DNA of 50,570 nucleotides, counting the filler, from Bipalium vagum (taxonomy: Eukaryota), in NCBI GenBank assembly GCA_037834085.1. It is 3 parts of 3 records of this genome, joined end to end, with 100 filler letters (N's around TTAATTAATTAA, not from the genome) between each part and the next. Parts side by side here need not be neighbours in the genome. Positions count along the whole stretch, not along the records: positions 34,902 to 50,570 come from JBBMKC010153210.1; 2 more parts are not named here. One strand, written 5' to 3'. The notes under the pieces are model-generated. The model saw only the letters and a program-made list of their open reading frames with translations, was not told where the DNA came from and made no database searches. Positions 36,369-49,772 of this stretch are shown piece after piece (the stretch's first letter is position 1; every line of letters begins with the position of its first letter). The position numbers and the translations under genes were made by a program.

Positions 36369-39300
36369 AAAATGAAATTAAAGAATTACCAAAATCATTA
36401 TGGGATCTGAAAAAAACCTTAGAGGTTATTGATATTTCTGAAAATTTGCACTTTTCACAGATTCCTCTCCAAATTTGTAATTTGTCGAAATTACGTCAAT
36501 TCAGCTGTACACTCACATACTTAACATATCCTTCACAAGGTATAAAAAATTAACCTTAACTTATTTTTGTCTCAAATCATTTAGACATCTGCAAACAAGG
36601 TATTGTTGAAGTGCTTAGATTTCTTTATAAAGGTTATTATAACAATTACAATTCCTTAATCGATAATACTATTTAGAAAAGAGATTTGATCTGGACAATT
36701 CTTTAATACAGAGGTTATCTAGACATGAAGTTAATAATTCGACTGTTATAGACAGTTCTGTAATTTGATTTTTATATATAATTCATATAAAGACTGTCCA
36801 TGATGAAAATTGGTCGATTACAAACTGTGATAACTTTTGAATAGGTTGCTATAATACCATTATTTTTAAAATTAAATTATTTGTGTCATATTATCTAAAT
36901 ATTTTATTGATTTTGTAGGCCTTTAAGTATTAGCAACGAAAATGAGTAAAAAAAAATCTAAATAAGAAAAAATTGTATAAATACAGTCAAAATACAGCTG
37001 CTTCATATTCAATTATCACTAAAAATGTTTTATTTACAAAATCAACCTTTTAAAAAGTTATTAAAAACTAAAAGAAGACTTACTGTTAAACGGAAGGAAG
37101 GTTTATTTAAGTAAGCAGTTCTAATGATACCAACTTAGAAATAAGATCATCAGTGTGTTTAAGAAAAATCCGTCGCTTTCAGTTTGTGATGCTGCAAAAA
37201 ATGTAAAACATCTAAATCATACATTAACAAAATGAAGCAGGATTGAGGATTCAAGTCCTACAGAACAGAACAGAACATTAAATTGTATTTTTTCACGATT
37301 TAAGTCCTACAAAGTCACTATTGCTCCTGATCGTAATGAACGAAAGAATAAAATTGCTAAAACCCGTTAGAGAAAGCTTTATGAAAATTTTCTTACCAAA
37401 AGTGATCCTGTTATTATGGACGATCAGATTTAGATTAAAGGAGACTTCAAACAAAAACCAGATCAGAAATATTATGTGGCACAGACTGAAGACGTAGTTG
37501 CTGAAAGATTTAGGATGAAAAACATCTCAAAATTTGCAAAGAAATAACTCGTGTAGTTTGCAATTTTTACATGTGTTTAAAAAAGTAAAAGATCCATCAA
37601 TACTGGAACTATGAATCAAGAAATTTATATTAAAGTGTTCCTTCAAAAATGTTTATTGACTTTTATAAATATACATAGTTGTTTTACTTTGTTCTGATCC
37701 GATCTCGTAAATTCTCATTAAGCAAAAATACATTAGAATGGTATAAAATAAATAATTTGAATTTTTTTCTCGATAAACCAACCCTCTTAACTGCCCAAAA
37801 ATCCAACCAATAAAAAAATAATGAGCAACTATTAAAAGTATCTTAAATAACACTCGGAGCACGCCAGAAAATGAAGCAGACTTTAAAAGTGGAAGAAATC
37901 AATGTATAAGTTCACTCGAATGACTGTGCAGAAGTTTTTGAGAGATATAAAAAAATGAGATATATAAAAATATCAATAGAATTTGTTCTCTGTATAAAAT
38001 CTGTTTAAAACAAATATAGTTTTATTAAAAATTTGTCTTATAGTTTTTAAATTATTTTTATAATGACCTATTTTTGATCGTGGACACTCTTTATTATTTT
38101 TATCTAATTATTCTTAACGTGAATAATTTCCTTTAATTTATTTAGTTTATTATATGAAAATTCTTAAAGATAAAATTACTGTAAGAGGGCTGTATTTTAA
38201 ATTTTGTAAATTGGTGCATACAAGCCTACAATAAAAAATTATGATGTAAAACAAACGTCAATATTTAAAAACTATGAATTATAAATATATAAATTTTTTA
38301 AATATACCAGTCTGTTTACAGCGACTATATATAAAAACATAATCAATGAAAAACTTTAATTCACGAGAGAAAATGTACGAGCAATAATACTGCACAATTT
38401 TCGACAAAGATTTTCTCAGAATCATTGTCGATCCGAAATTATATCTTTTATTGGTGATGAAGTACCACATAAGTCCACAATTTCCCGCTGGTACCGCGAT
38501 TGCCAATGTGGAAGCTCTAGTCTGATCGATGAGCGGAGAACTGGTGCAGCAAAGACAGCTGTTACCCAAGAAAAAATCGATGCTGTACGTCTGCTCATCT
38601 TGGAAGATCGACATGCAGTATATCGTGAGATGGAGTGTTCATTGAGCATTTAAAAGACCCCATTGCATAAGATCCTGTATGAGGAACTGAATGTGAAGAA
38701 GTTAATTTCCCTGTGGATCCCACATCTTTTAAGTGATGAACAAAAAGTATCTCGAGTCAACTGATGCCGAAAACTTTGAATAGATACAACAACGAAAGTT
38801 TAAAAAATGTGTTAACATTGTCAGTGGTGATGAATCATGGATTTATTTGTACGAGGCGTAAAAGAAAAGTCGATCTTGTGTTTGTGTGCCAATCTGAGGA
38901 GAATCCGACAAAAGTTACCCGTTCTCGCAGATGATCACAACGTTTGTCTCAAAAGCAGGTCATCTCGCTAAAATTCCTTTACAAAATCGAAAAAATGTTA
39001 CTGAGCAATGATGCAAACAATGTTTTCCAGAAATAATTTCAGTTCTTCAAGGAACAAACATGAAACGGAGAATCATTCTCCATCATAAAATTCTAGTTCA
39101 CATACAGCTTTAGCAGCAATAGATTTTATCAACTTCAAATATAGAATTATCACTATTATACCCTATTAAAGTAACTTTCGCTCGTCAATCAATAACTTTC
39201 ATTATTTTGTAATTATTTGTTTCACTTTAATAGGTCTTAGACTATGAACAATACAAAAGAGATCGATTACAATTTCTGGATTCCATTGAAAACGAATACA

Positions 39301-42300
39301 ATCAAGTAATGCTGTGTCAGAAAGCCATAGCAGACAAGGCGACTAATTGTCGTATTTCAGTTTTGAAAATATTAGCCGAAGTACTTTAAAAATGAAATTT
39401 GGTTAATTTATTATTTTTGGATTTCAGCAGGAAGCTAAATTCTCAAATCAAATCTCTCTTTTACAGAGAAATAGAGATCTTTTAAGGAAGCAACTGATTA
39501 ATGATGTAAAGGCTGCGGAAAGAGATGCTGCAAATTTGATTCAAGAGATCATGGCTGTTAGCAAGGCCTGTCAAAAACAGGACAGCATTCTGGACGAGAT
39601 TGAGAATGAGACGATAAAGAAATATCAGCTATATCAGATTTCCAAAGACGAAATACAAAATTTGCGAAGAACAGAAATTTTAAGTCTGTAAAATATTCAT
39701 GATAAAAAATAACATTTTATACATTTTAGGTGCCATGTCTCAATTAATAATTTCTCAAGAAATAACTGAAAAGATTTTCGAAGAAAATGGAGTCTTTGGA
39801 AAGAATTCATCTCATTCTCATTCCTTAAACAGTAAAACATTATCAGAACTAATTAATAAAAAACAAACAAGGCAGAATAAAATTTTAGCTCAGATTGAGA
39901 ATGAGGTTCATTGATAAAAGAACTTTGTGATAATCTTAATTCTTTACTTAATTAGGAGAATATGCAAAAACTGGCCTTTCAAATGTTGCAAATACAAAAG
40001 GACATTCGCACATTGCGATTGATCAATCATATTTATTCCGTACAATCGGAATTGATATTATTATCACAAGTCGAGCAAAAAGAGATATCTGAAAATGTGC
40101 ATGTGAAGCTTGACAATATTTTAAACAAACGTCGCCGCCAATTGATGGAAATGCTAGAAGATTTAATAAAAAAGAAAAATGCAAGGGAAAAAGTATTGTC
40201 TGAACGGATGGTGCAATTTTTTTAAGTCAATTGGAAGAAATTTAGGTCATGTTTAGGAAACAATTGAAGGGCAACGTCGACATAATCAGACGGATTTCTG
40301 GCTAGTTCATTATCAGAGATGCCTTGATATGAATTGCTTTAAAATTTGCGATCAGGTTATAACTATAACTATAATTAGTAAATAGTTATTAAGTATTTGT
40401 CATTTTTATTATAATTTATGTTCGGAAGTCATCAATATATTCTAAGTTGAATTATTTTCTTTATCAAATAAATTAATCGATTATATTATTAAAAGGATAT
40501 TATATAAACATTACAGTTTTCTATACTCTCCTCACTGTGAATATCTAAACAAAAATTCACATTATGCAATGATTTTACTAATCAGGAAAATCTTCGTCAT
40601 GAATTATTCGTCTATTCAAAAGACCCCATGGTATGCGGATTGATCCATTTAATGCATCAACAGTGACAATTTTCAGTCTTCATCATGCAAGGAAAATCTC
40701 CTAGATGTCAGGAATTCCAAAGATTAATTTTATGAAATTCTTAGTCAAATCTGATGAAATATATTTATCGCTTTCAACTGCACCAAGACTTCAATCCGCG
40801 TAACTTTTAACCAATGTTTAAAATATGCCCAATGGTCTGTTCGTAACATGATAAACACACTTGAGTCTATTTTCTGGTCAGAAAAGAGTTACTTTAATTT
40901 CTTAGATTAGGTAAACACATAATGCTATTAGTTGGACTAATGGAAATTCGATATTATTTACAAAATTACCTTACCCTGCCAAAGTCTGTATATGAATTTT
41001 TTCATACTGGAATCATTATTGATGGAGAAACAATTGATGGTGCTAAATATCAAATTTAAAACGAACAAATCATATCAAACCTAAAATTAATTTGCAACCA
41101 CCATGACGTAATTAACAAAATCTAATACTTACAAATTATTTTTTATATAAAAAGCACAATTTAATCAGTGTCACTTAATTGAACTTAAGAAATCCCCAAC
41201 AGATTTTTTGATTTATTGATGGAAGTGTAAAATCCACTAGAACTATACCTTTATAAATATCTCAGAGACCCTACCAGCAGATCACTATCATAGTTAGTAT
41301 GTGAACTGTAAAAAAATCGAAAACAAAAAAATTAAGTAATTTTAGGATCAGAACCATAATACTTATAAGAGTTTGCTGGATTATTTAATACTCAATAAAA
41401 TAAAATTTTGTACTTTAATAATATTAATAATTATAAATTTTAATTCTCAAAATGCATTGTCTTCTTTCATCTTTCGTTTGTGCTCTCTTTTTTCTTTCTA
41501 TCATTGTTTCTTGTCGTTTTCTCGTGTCTTTTTTGTATCCTTTTTGTGTTACTTATATTTTATATTATATAATATTATAATTTGTAATATCTTTAATAAT
41601 AAATATATTATTATTTTAATTTTTTATAATTATTGTAAATTTAGAGATATATTGTGAAATATGAATTTTCTATTTGTTTAAAATTCAGGAATCAAAATAT
41701 AATAAAGTCTTGTTCGGCGTAGATATAATAAATACGAAAATACCTGAAACCAAACGCCCTTCCATCATCGAAACATACGGAGAAATGAAGTGTGGTATTT
41801 GCCTTGAACAACAGGTTATTTTCTTAAGAAAATTGAAAAAAATAATTTTATTTATAACAAATTTCTCTACATTTCGTGCCAGGTAACCATTATCTTTCAA
41901 ATTTGAACACTAAGGTATTGAATTACATACGCATTATTATTAATTGTATATGTATTTGTCTAAAAGAAATGTATGATATTGCCGAGTTTCTCTAAAGCTT
42001 AGATTGCCCTAATTGTTTAAATATTATAATAAGAATATTTTGTTTCTTCTCTACAGCATTTCTTCATTACTTTCGTGAGATGTATTTAAAATTATTTGGA
42101 AAATTTTAAATGAATGGTAAATTCAGTTTTTTCATAACTTTTAACAGTTTTATATTATTTGATTTATAAATAATGATCCTACCCATTTTTTATATACATA
42201 ATATAATTTTTATTATAATAATTAATAATAACTCAGAAGAGATTTCTAAGTAGCAATCATACCAATTTTATTTTAAAAACTTTTATAATCTTAACTAACA

Positions 42301-42782
42301 TTTGTGTACTAACATCAGCAAAGAACCAAAACATTAAAAAAAACATTAGAATTTGATTACACCGTTATACAGTCCCCGTCAAAAGTCTGAGCCCACTTTC
42401 AAAAATTGAAATGATTTCATTATTTATCCATTGGTATGACATCAATTTAGATATAGGTATTTATATAACTCTGGTCTATATCAATTTATTGTTTTTTCAT
42501 TAATATTGCATAATTATCAATATTATTCTTGTCAAATAAATACTTTTGTTTAAATAATGGCTTAAATTTTGATTTTGCGCGACGAAGGTAAAAAAATTCT
42601 TAAAATCAGTGATTGAAAGTTGGTACAAGACTAACCAAATAATGTTTAATCTAAATAATTTTTAGGCCTCAGTTCTATTCCTAACTTGTGGTCATATTTG
42701 CTGTGAAAACTGTGCAAATAAAATAACCGAGTGTTCTCTATGTCGCAAGAAAATTACACAGATTTTCAAAATTTTCATGTAA
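36369..42782 (+). CDS. LRSAM1: LRSAM1-like E3 ubiquitin ligase (LRR, coiled-coil, RING), 5'-truncated, no SAM domain found
   Basis: In-frame GT-AG exons: 36369-36539 (LRRs, ...YPSQ), 36585-36632 (DICKQGIVEVLRFLYK), 36677-36759, 39234-39380, about 39428-39683 (QNLRRTEIL), 39730-39905 (AMSQL), 39956-40210 (MQKLAFQMLQIQKD), 40257-40355 (DFWLVHYQRCLD), 41689-41814 (CGICLEQ), 42666-42782 (FLTCGHICCENC...CSLCR, TAA). These blocks match the LRSAM1 motif order. Confidence 0.88.
36790..38090 (+). mobile_element. Decayed DD37E (ITmD37E)-like Tc1-superfamily transposon in an LRSAM1 intron
   Basis: Degenerate TIRs agactgtccatgatgaaaattggtc and gacctatttttgatcgtggacactct. Motifs VIMDDQ (MDDETY-like), F*SDLVNSH (FWPDLAxxH-like) and NPLNCPKIQPI (NPPNxPxxRPIE-like). 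Confidence 0.7.
38185..39170 (+). mobile_element. Decayed mariner element in an LRSAM1 intron
   Basis: Motifs SRENVRAIILHNFR, GDEVPHKSTISRWY, WIPHLL and IVSGDESWIYLYE, with frameshifts. Confidence 0.8.
40440..41100 (+). mobile_element. Highly decayed Tc1/mariner-superfamily remnant
   Basis: IFWSEKSYFNF...VNT-like motif near 40868. An exact 29-nt match (40445-40473) to the reverse complement of 1915-1943 indicates a dispersed repeat. Confidence 0.45.
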
Positions 42783-43959
42783 CCTTTACCAAATAATTAT
42801 TTATTTTCTTTGGTGTGTATTATTTAATAGTATTATATCGTTTGTCTTTCTCAGTGATTGGTATTTCAAGTCATTTGTGATTCAAATATACTATAATTTT
42901 TCAGACACTGCATATGTAATTTCAAGCTTTTTATGTATGTATATATATATATATTTATATGGGTTACATATAATTTATGGGAAACGGATAAATTGAACCG
43001 TTTGAATCTCGCTTTCCTTTTTTTACATAATAAATAAAACCAATTTTTTATAGTCACTAACTCTACTGTAAACAATTGGTATGATGGTCATGGTCCTGTC
43101 TTAAAAATAGTAATAATGTGTGACAAAATATATATTTACTGAGTTGACCAATAAATTAAATTTTAAAAAAAACCGGATCATGTTTTTTTACCGAAATGTT
43201 GATATTAAAGAAATGAATATTAAATCAATAATCAGCATGTTGATGGATATTGCATCCTAAACATTATGTTTTTAAGAGAAAATATTCTTATTAATATAAT
43301 TATTACTGATTTTGTTTTATGGCGCGCTACACGAAAATTGTATAAATTACAATAGATATTTTTCTATTAGAAGAAAATCCTTTTTTGAGAAATTCAAAGT
43401 ACCTCTAAAAAATGTGTCCATTAAAAAAAGCAATTTTTGCACCATCTTTTTCATATTTTTTCTATCTTCACTTATTTCTCTCTCTTTCATCAATCTTGGG
43501 TAGCGCAAAATACAACACATACTCATCATTCACACACATAAAAGGAAAACCAAGACTTATCTGTGTCTAAAATGAAGAATTCACAACTTCCTTAACACAT
43601 CAATCTTTAATTATTTAAAATAATATCATATGTAGAAAAAAAATCCCGCTGCTATATTACTTTTCGAACTCAGGGTATTGTCGTGTAGATGAGCGGATGA
43701 GTCAGGATACAATTCTTTGATTCATTCATTGAGGATTACTTATTGACCTTTTTTGTTCTTACAATTTTATAAAAATATAGATAAATAAATAAAGGATAAA
43801 AATAAAATTAATTTGTAACGTTTTGGGTCATATCTGTAAAGCTAGAAGCGATGGGTCCTGAGCAGATCATAAAAGTCAATTCCTGAAGACACGAGCGTTT
43901 CAAAATCTGTCGTTATTAATTTCTATGCAGAAATGAGGAAGAAATGTGAGATTTTGTCT

Positions 43960-44100
43960 TGAAAATCTAATAAAAATTGGAGAACCCATGTTTTCAACTG
44001 TATAAAGATGAAATTTATGTTCATCGAACTGTCAAGCATAAGATGAATTTTGTTGATAGGAAGACTGGTGCTCACACGCAAAATGAATGGATTTAGGGGA
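43960..44100 (+). mobile_element. Merlin/IS1595 (ISXO2-like) transposase fragment
   Basis: About 44023-44083 translates HRTVKHKMNFVDRKTGAHTQN, matching the HxxVxH...FVDxxTGxHTxxIE signature. Confidence 0.7.
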
Positions 44101-46707
44101 AAACTATGGTGATCTCTTGAAATTATATCTAAATTATTATTATTAATAATTATAAATTATTATCTATAATCACAAGATATATCCCAGACAGTTATTAGGA
44201 ATTGCTAGTAGCACACAGGGTTCACCAAAGAAAATCCTTCAAATAAGCTCACCGTGGAACCTATCAAAATTGCAAATTATGAAAAATTAACAAATGAGAT
44301 GGATCTAAGAAATAAAATTAGTCAATACAAAGTTTTAAAATTGTACTTGACCATCGAGGATCGACTTTTAAATCATATAGTTTTTAAAAAATATTCAATT
44401 TGAAATGGTGCTTTAAAACAATCTAAAGTAGTATTTAGAAAATATTTTTAAAATGTGAAGAAAAACCATCTTTTTCAGGAGTCAATAAATCTTTTTTACA
44501 ATTTAAAGTCACACTTAACTTGATTTCTTTTAGTTTCAGAGGAAGGTATTGAATCCTTGAAAATAAATGAAAACAATCTAAATTCCCCAAAACGTTGAAA
44601 TAGAAATTTAATGGTCTAGGTCGCTTAACTAAAGTGTTACTAGAGTCTTATATCTGTGTTCACCAACTCCATCGAAGGAATTGTAAATAGATTAAAATAT
44701 TTGTATACTGTATTTTAATAGAAAATTCACGAATAAGCAAAGCGATTAACAAAATAAAGTATAATTTTATCACAAATGCAAGGTGTGAAATCTAATTCAC
44801 AATCAATCAATATTCATAAAACAAATATTTATTTAATTATTTAAATCCCTTCTTGACTTTATGATAGCTGAAGAATTCCTGTTAACAAACATGAGTGTTC
44901 TGTCGACTAGAGCGAATCAGAATCGAATTATCAAGAGAACAATATAAAAGAATATAAGAGAATACTAAAAAGTTATTGATGAGAAGAATGTACTTCTATC
45001 ACTAAATAAACATTAATTAATTAATTATGTTATTTAACTCTGTCGGTTAAACACGACTAAGTTCATGTGTGCGCAGTTTCTATTTTAGGTAAGTTCTTCT
45101 TTCTAATAAGAGAATTATGTGGTTAATATTTTAATTAGTACTTATATTATAGAACTTACTATATTTAGTAACTTTACTCCCACTTCCTTTATTTATATTA
45201 AGTTGCTTTATTTTCATAATAATATTATTTAATCATGTTGGTTATATTTTTTTAATTAATTTTTTAAGCCCACATTATATATTTTTTATTTTGTCTTATT
45301 ATTTATTTATAAAAATATGAATGAAAATTATTATGAATAATTTTAATGAATAATATTTTCGAACATAAAATACAATACAATACTTTAAGAATTATAAAAA
45401 TAAGAAAATAGGACTTACAAAGCCTTTTCATGCACATTGTAAAATGAAATCAATTTGTTAAGTTTTGAATATAGTTGATAGAATAAATTTAATAGATTTA
45501 AAACAACATTTAATCCAAACTTAACGTACCTCGTCATAATTATTAAAAATTCAGAAAGGTTTAAAATTAAACAGTCAAATGGTAGATAACGCAATAAAAA
45601 TCGTTCAATAAGACAAATCAAGAAACGATGTTGATTTTACAAAAATATTTTTTAAAAACTTTGTTGAACAAAAAAAATTCGATTAATTATTTTATTGACA
45701 AATCTCGGAGAAATCGTAATTTAGGAAAAATTTGGACTGCTCTTCGCTATCCTAGCCTCAAGAGCCCTCAAAAGTATCAAGCGCCTCTCAGCCCTATTAG
45801 ACGTAGAGAAGGCAATAAAAAGAAAAGATGGGAAGTAACAAAAAATGATTTTGATAAAGATAGAATAATTGGGGAACTATCCAATTATTCTATCTAGATT
45901 ATTGTAGATATAAGTTAATTAACAATCAAAATATTCAATCTGTGGTCAAATTGTTATTTATGATTGATTTTATTTTTTAAAAAACAACAATAATTACTCT
46001 TATGAATGATTACTAGAATATGGTTGAAGCTTTCTAACTGATTAATGGTGATTCTAAATATTCCTAAATCGGAATATGAATGCCACAATTGATTGATTGA
46101 AATTTCACTGCTTGACTGCTTTCTTTGACACGATTTATAAGTATTCTAAATTCTCCACGTTTGCGTTGGTGGGTTTATCTTTCTTCTGTCTCTATTTACC
46201 TAAACTTGATTTCTTTTATACTGATTGTAATGATGCGTCTTTGACAGAATCAATTTGATTTCTTCTTTTGATTTCGTATGATGAATATCCTATTTCTCTG
46301 TAAGAAGATATCTTTTTCGCTGCTCTGAAATTTAATAGCTGGTTTGATCTAAAAATTTTGTCTTCTTCTCTGAAAGTCGATATTTTGACAGCTACTCGGT
46401 AATCCGATAGTTGGTTTAATAAAAAATTTTTCTCTTTTATTAAAAAACTTTAATTTATATTATTATTTTTTAACCTATTTTTATTTATAGTAATATAAAT
46501 TTACTATATTTAATTTTTATATAAATTCTTTGTTATTTATTTCATTATTTATTTATTATTTTTATTTTTAGTAATTATTTTTGTTGGTATTTCTAAATGT
46601 ATAATTATTTTAATTTATTTGTTATTTTTGTGAATATTATTTATATTTTATTAATTTATTTATTTTTTCGGGACTTATCAATTTTTAAACATATTAGTAT
46701 ACATATA

Positions 46708-48295
46708 CCGATGGTCAATTTTTTTGACACACCTGTGATTTAAAAATCTAAGAAACTTGTGTTGAAATATTCTTTAAAATTTATAACTAAATGAGTTAAA
46801 AGTTATAAATAATTGAATTTAAAAGTTGTTTGCAATATTGTTTTACGATAATATTCTAATTTATTAAAATATGCAAAATGAAAAAGTCAATTTTTTGACA
46901 TACTTATTTATTTACAGGAAAAAACTAACGATTATACAGATCACCATGCTTTTCTAATACCGTATATAAATATATATATTATATATTGATATATATTATG
47001 ATATATATTATAATATTATTATTTAATATTATTATTATTATTATATTAATTATTATTATTATTTATATTATTATTGATATATATTATATAAATCAATAAC
47101 TTTGCATCGTTTGTTGGCATTAAGGGAATTTAAGACGGTAGTTATTTTTTGTAACCAAATCCTCCTTGCCATTGAACTGATTTCCATCGTAGACCAGATC
47201 TGATATTATTTACCAGTAGTCCTCAACAATATTTAAATCTGGACTTTTGCCATTTTAACACTGATATACCCGATTCATTCATGAATTGTTGAACTTTCTT
47301 ACATTTGTGCACCAAAGAATTATCCTCCTGGAACCACCATTTTTTTCCGTAATTTAATTTTATTATGGGCACAGCACTTTCTGACAACAGCCTCATGTAT
47401 CTATCAGAATTCATGTTTCCTTTCACGACTTCGAAGGAGAGTGGACCATTTGACATTGTCATCATCCATATCATAACGCTTCGACCTTTGCAATGCCCCT
47501 TAATGCGATAACTTGACGATGATTTTTGTACATATGATCTCCAATCATCTGGAGCATCTAAAGAAAACCGCTTTTCATTAGAAAAAATTGTGAGATCACA
47601 ATTATGATTTAATGAAATCCATGATCTTACGCATTCCATACGCAATTGCTTCTGTGCGACTGTCAAATGAATTTGGGTTGACATCCTTTTGTAAATGAAA
47701 CCAGTTTTCCTTAAATATCGCTGTACGGTACTTCTTGATACATCTAAGTCACATTCATCTATTAATTTCATCGCATTTATCTTTTCTTTGCTTTCATTAA
47801 GACTAAAAATCTTCCTCTTCACGCGCAACTTACACGCTTTATCCATTTTTAATTTCGGTTCTGTCTTCTTTAATTTTTTTTAATCTGTAGACTCATAAAT
47901 TGCAGGATGCATTACGTGTAATGCTCAACCTTGTGGCAATGGCCAAATAACTTAAACCTTCTGTTCTCCATTGAATAGCCAGTTTTCTTGCAAATACATT
48001 GTGCATTACTAAAGTAGAATCTAAAATACTTTTAATGTACTATGAAATTAAAATATACTTTAACTCAAAAAAAATACGCAATAACAATTTAAACTTACTG
48101 TGTCAAAAAATTTGACTTTTAAATAAATTCAAAATTTACTAAATTAGGCAATATTATTTAAACAAGTACAATTAGTTAAAAAAATTTATATATTTTAAAT
48201 AAGTATTTTATATAGATACATAACTAATTATAAAAGTTCTTTTATTAAGCATCGTTTATAGAGATATCAGGTGTGTCAACAAATTTAACCATCGG
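46708..48295 (-). mobile_element. Full-length Tc1/Tc3-like transposon with IR-DR ends, pseudogenised
   Basis: TIRs ccgatggtcaatttttttgacacacctg and caggtgtgtcaacaaatttaaccatcgg flanked by TA, with inner repeats near 46886 and 48099. ORF 47223-47846 has FSNEKRFSLDAPD, VMIW and FQEDN. An AT microsatellite interrupts the 3' end (about 46963-47090). Confidence 0.92.
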
Positions 48296-48862
48296 TATAT
48301 ACATAACATGCATAAAGAATTTACATAGTAAAAGATTAAAAGACCACTGAATTTACAACATAAAGTTTTGCACAATAGGTTAAGGGATTTGGATCACAAT
48401 ACAGTAATTTTTTCATCATTTCTTTTCTGTTTCTTTGCCTGGGAGTAGTCTCAACAAATTAAATGCTAAATTTTTCAAATTTTTTCAATAAGCTTTCGTA
48501 TTCTGATATATTTTTGTACTCTGAATACGGAAATTTTTAAAATCATTGAAAAATAAAAGTAAGATCCTAATTAAAATCTCGTTTTAATCTTCTAATTATA
48601 AATATATTTCACTATTTTTTGTTTCAACCTATAACGATTAATTTTAATTAAACTTTCAGACATAATTTAATACTATTGAACTAATTTAATTGGTATGAGA
48701 AACATCTTTTCGAAATGTTAAATAGTTTAAATATATTATTTTTTATGAAATTAAAATAAGTGTAATGTTTTAATAAACAAATAGCAGTTTACCTAAGGTC
48801 ATCATTAAATAAGTTTTATAAAGAATTTGTTTCAAATTATTTTGCAGAACTATAGATAAAAA

Positions 48863-49772
48863 ATGCAAAAAGTTTTTTACTCATCAACAATAAGACGTAA
48901 TATTGTTTTATTTTCTTTATTTTTATCTTAAGATATTGAAGATAACCTTTTGAAGTGTATTTCATTAAACATGTCTACTGAACCCAAAAAACCTATAATG
49001 AAGACTGAAGTTCCTGGTCCTAAATCTAAGGAATTAATCAAAAATATGTCTGAATTCCAAGTAAAATATTTTTTATTCACTTTATTACCAAGATTTTTAT
49101 TTATGGATGACCAATTGCATCAAATTTGTTGCTGACTATCATAATTCTATTGGCAACTATATCGCAGACGTTGATGGTAATTATATGATGGACCTTTTTT
49201 GTCAAATTTCCAGTATTCCACTAGGTTTGTTGTTAAAATCTTTGAAATTATAACTTTTACTTTCTAGGCTACAATCATCCAAATTTGAATAAAGCTGTGA
49301 AATCCGAAGAGTACATAGTAAATGAATTATTATTTTTTAAAATAAAAATAGCAATTGATCGTTGTTGCATAAACGAACTTAGAATTGTATTGCAGTTTTA
49401 GATTTAAAGAATCGTTTTCTCAGGTTTCGGCAATAAACAGACCTGCTCTCGGAATGTTTCCAAATAAAGATTATAAAGACAAAATGAAAAATTCTTTGAT
49501 GTCTGTTGCTCCAAAGGGTATGACCCATGTACAGACGATGATGTGCGGTTCGTGCTCCATTGAGAACGCTATTAAAGCAGTATTCATTCGCCAAAGAGTA
49601 AATTTCTTACATATAAGTTGATAATGTTTATATAATTTGTGACAGGCTCTAGAAAGAGGAGGGAAACCGTTCACGAACGAAGAACTGGAATCGTGCATGA
49701 AGAATGAGCCTCCTGGTTCTCCTAAATATTCTATCCTCTCTTTTAAAAATGGATTTCATGGCAGAACAATCG
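48863..49772 (+). CDS. ABAT: 4-aminobutyrate aminotransferase (GABA transaminase), 5' part; continues beyond the last recognised exon
   Basis: Exons 48863-48896, 48933-49060 (MKTEVPGPKS), 49107-49224 (GNYIADVDGNYMMDLFCQISSIPLG), 49268-49317 (YNHP), 49424-49597 (NRPALG...MMCGSCSIENA), 49646-49772 (ESCMKNEPPGSPKYSILSFKNGFHGRT). Confidence 0.93.

Noticed and set aside
41373-41657. Hydrophobic 94-aa ORF and similar short F/I/L/N/K-rich ORFs (2517, 12603, 30145, 43312, 45415)
   Set aside because: Low-complexity AT-rich intronic or intergenic sequence, mostly with non-ATG starts and no motifs.
44870-46400. Patchy GC-richer sequence resembling LTR or gag debris
   Set aside because: No diagnostic motif, termini or TSD could be established.
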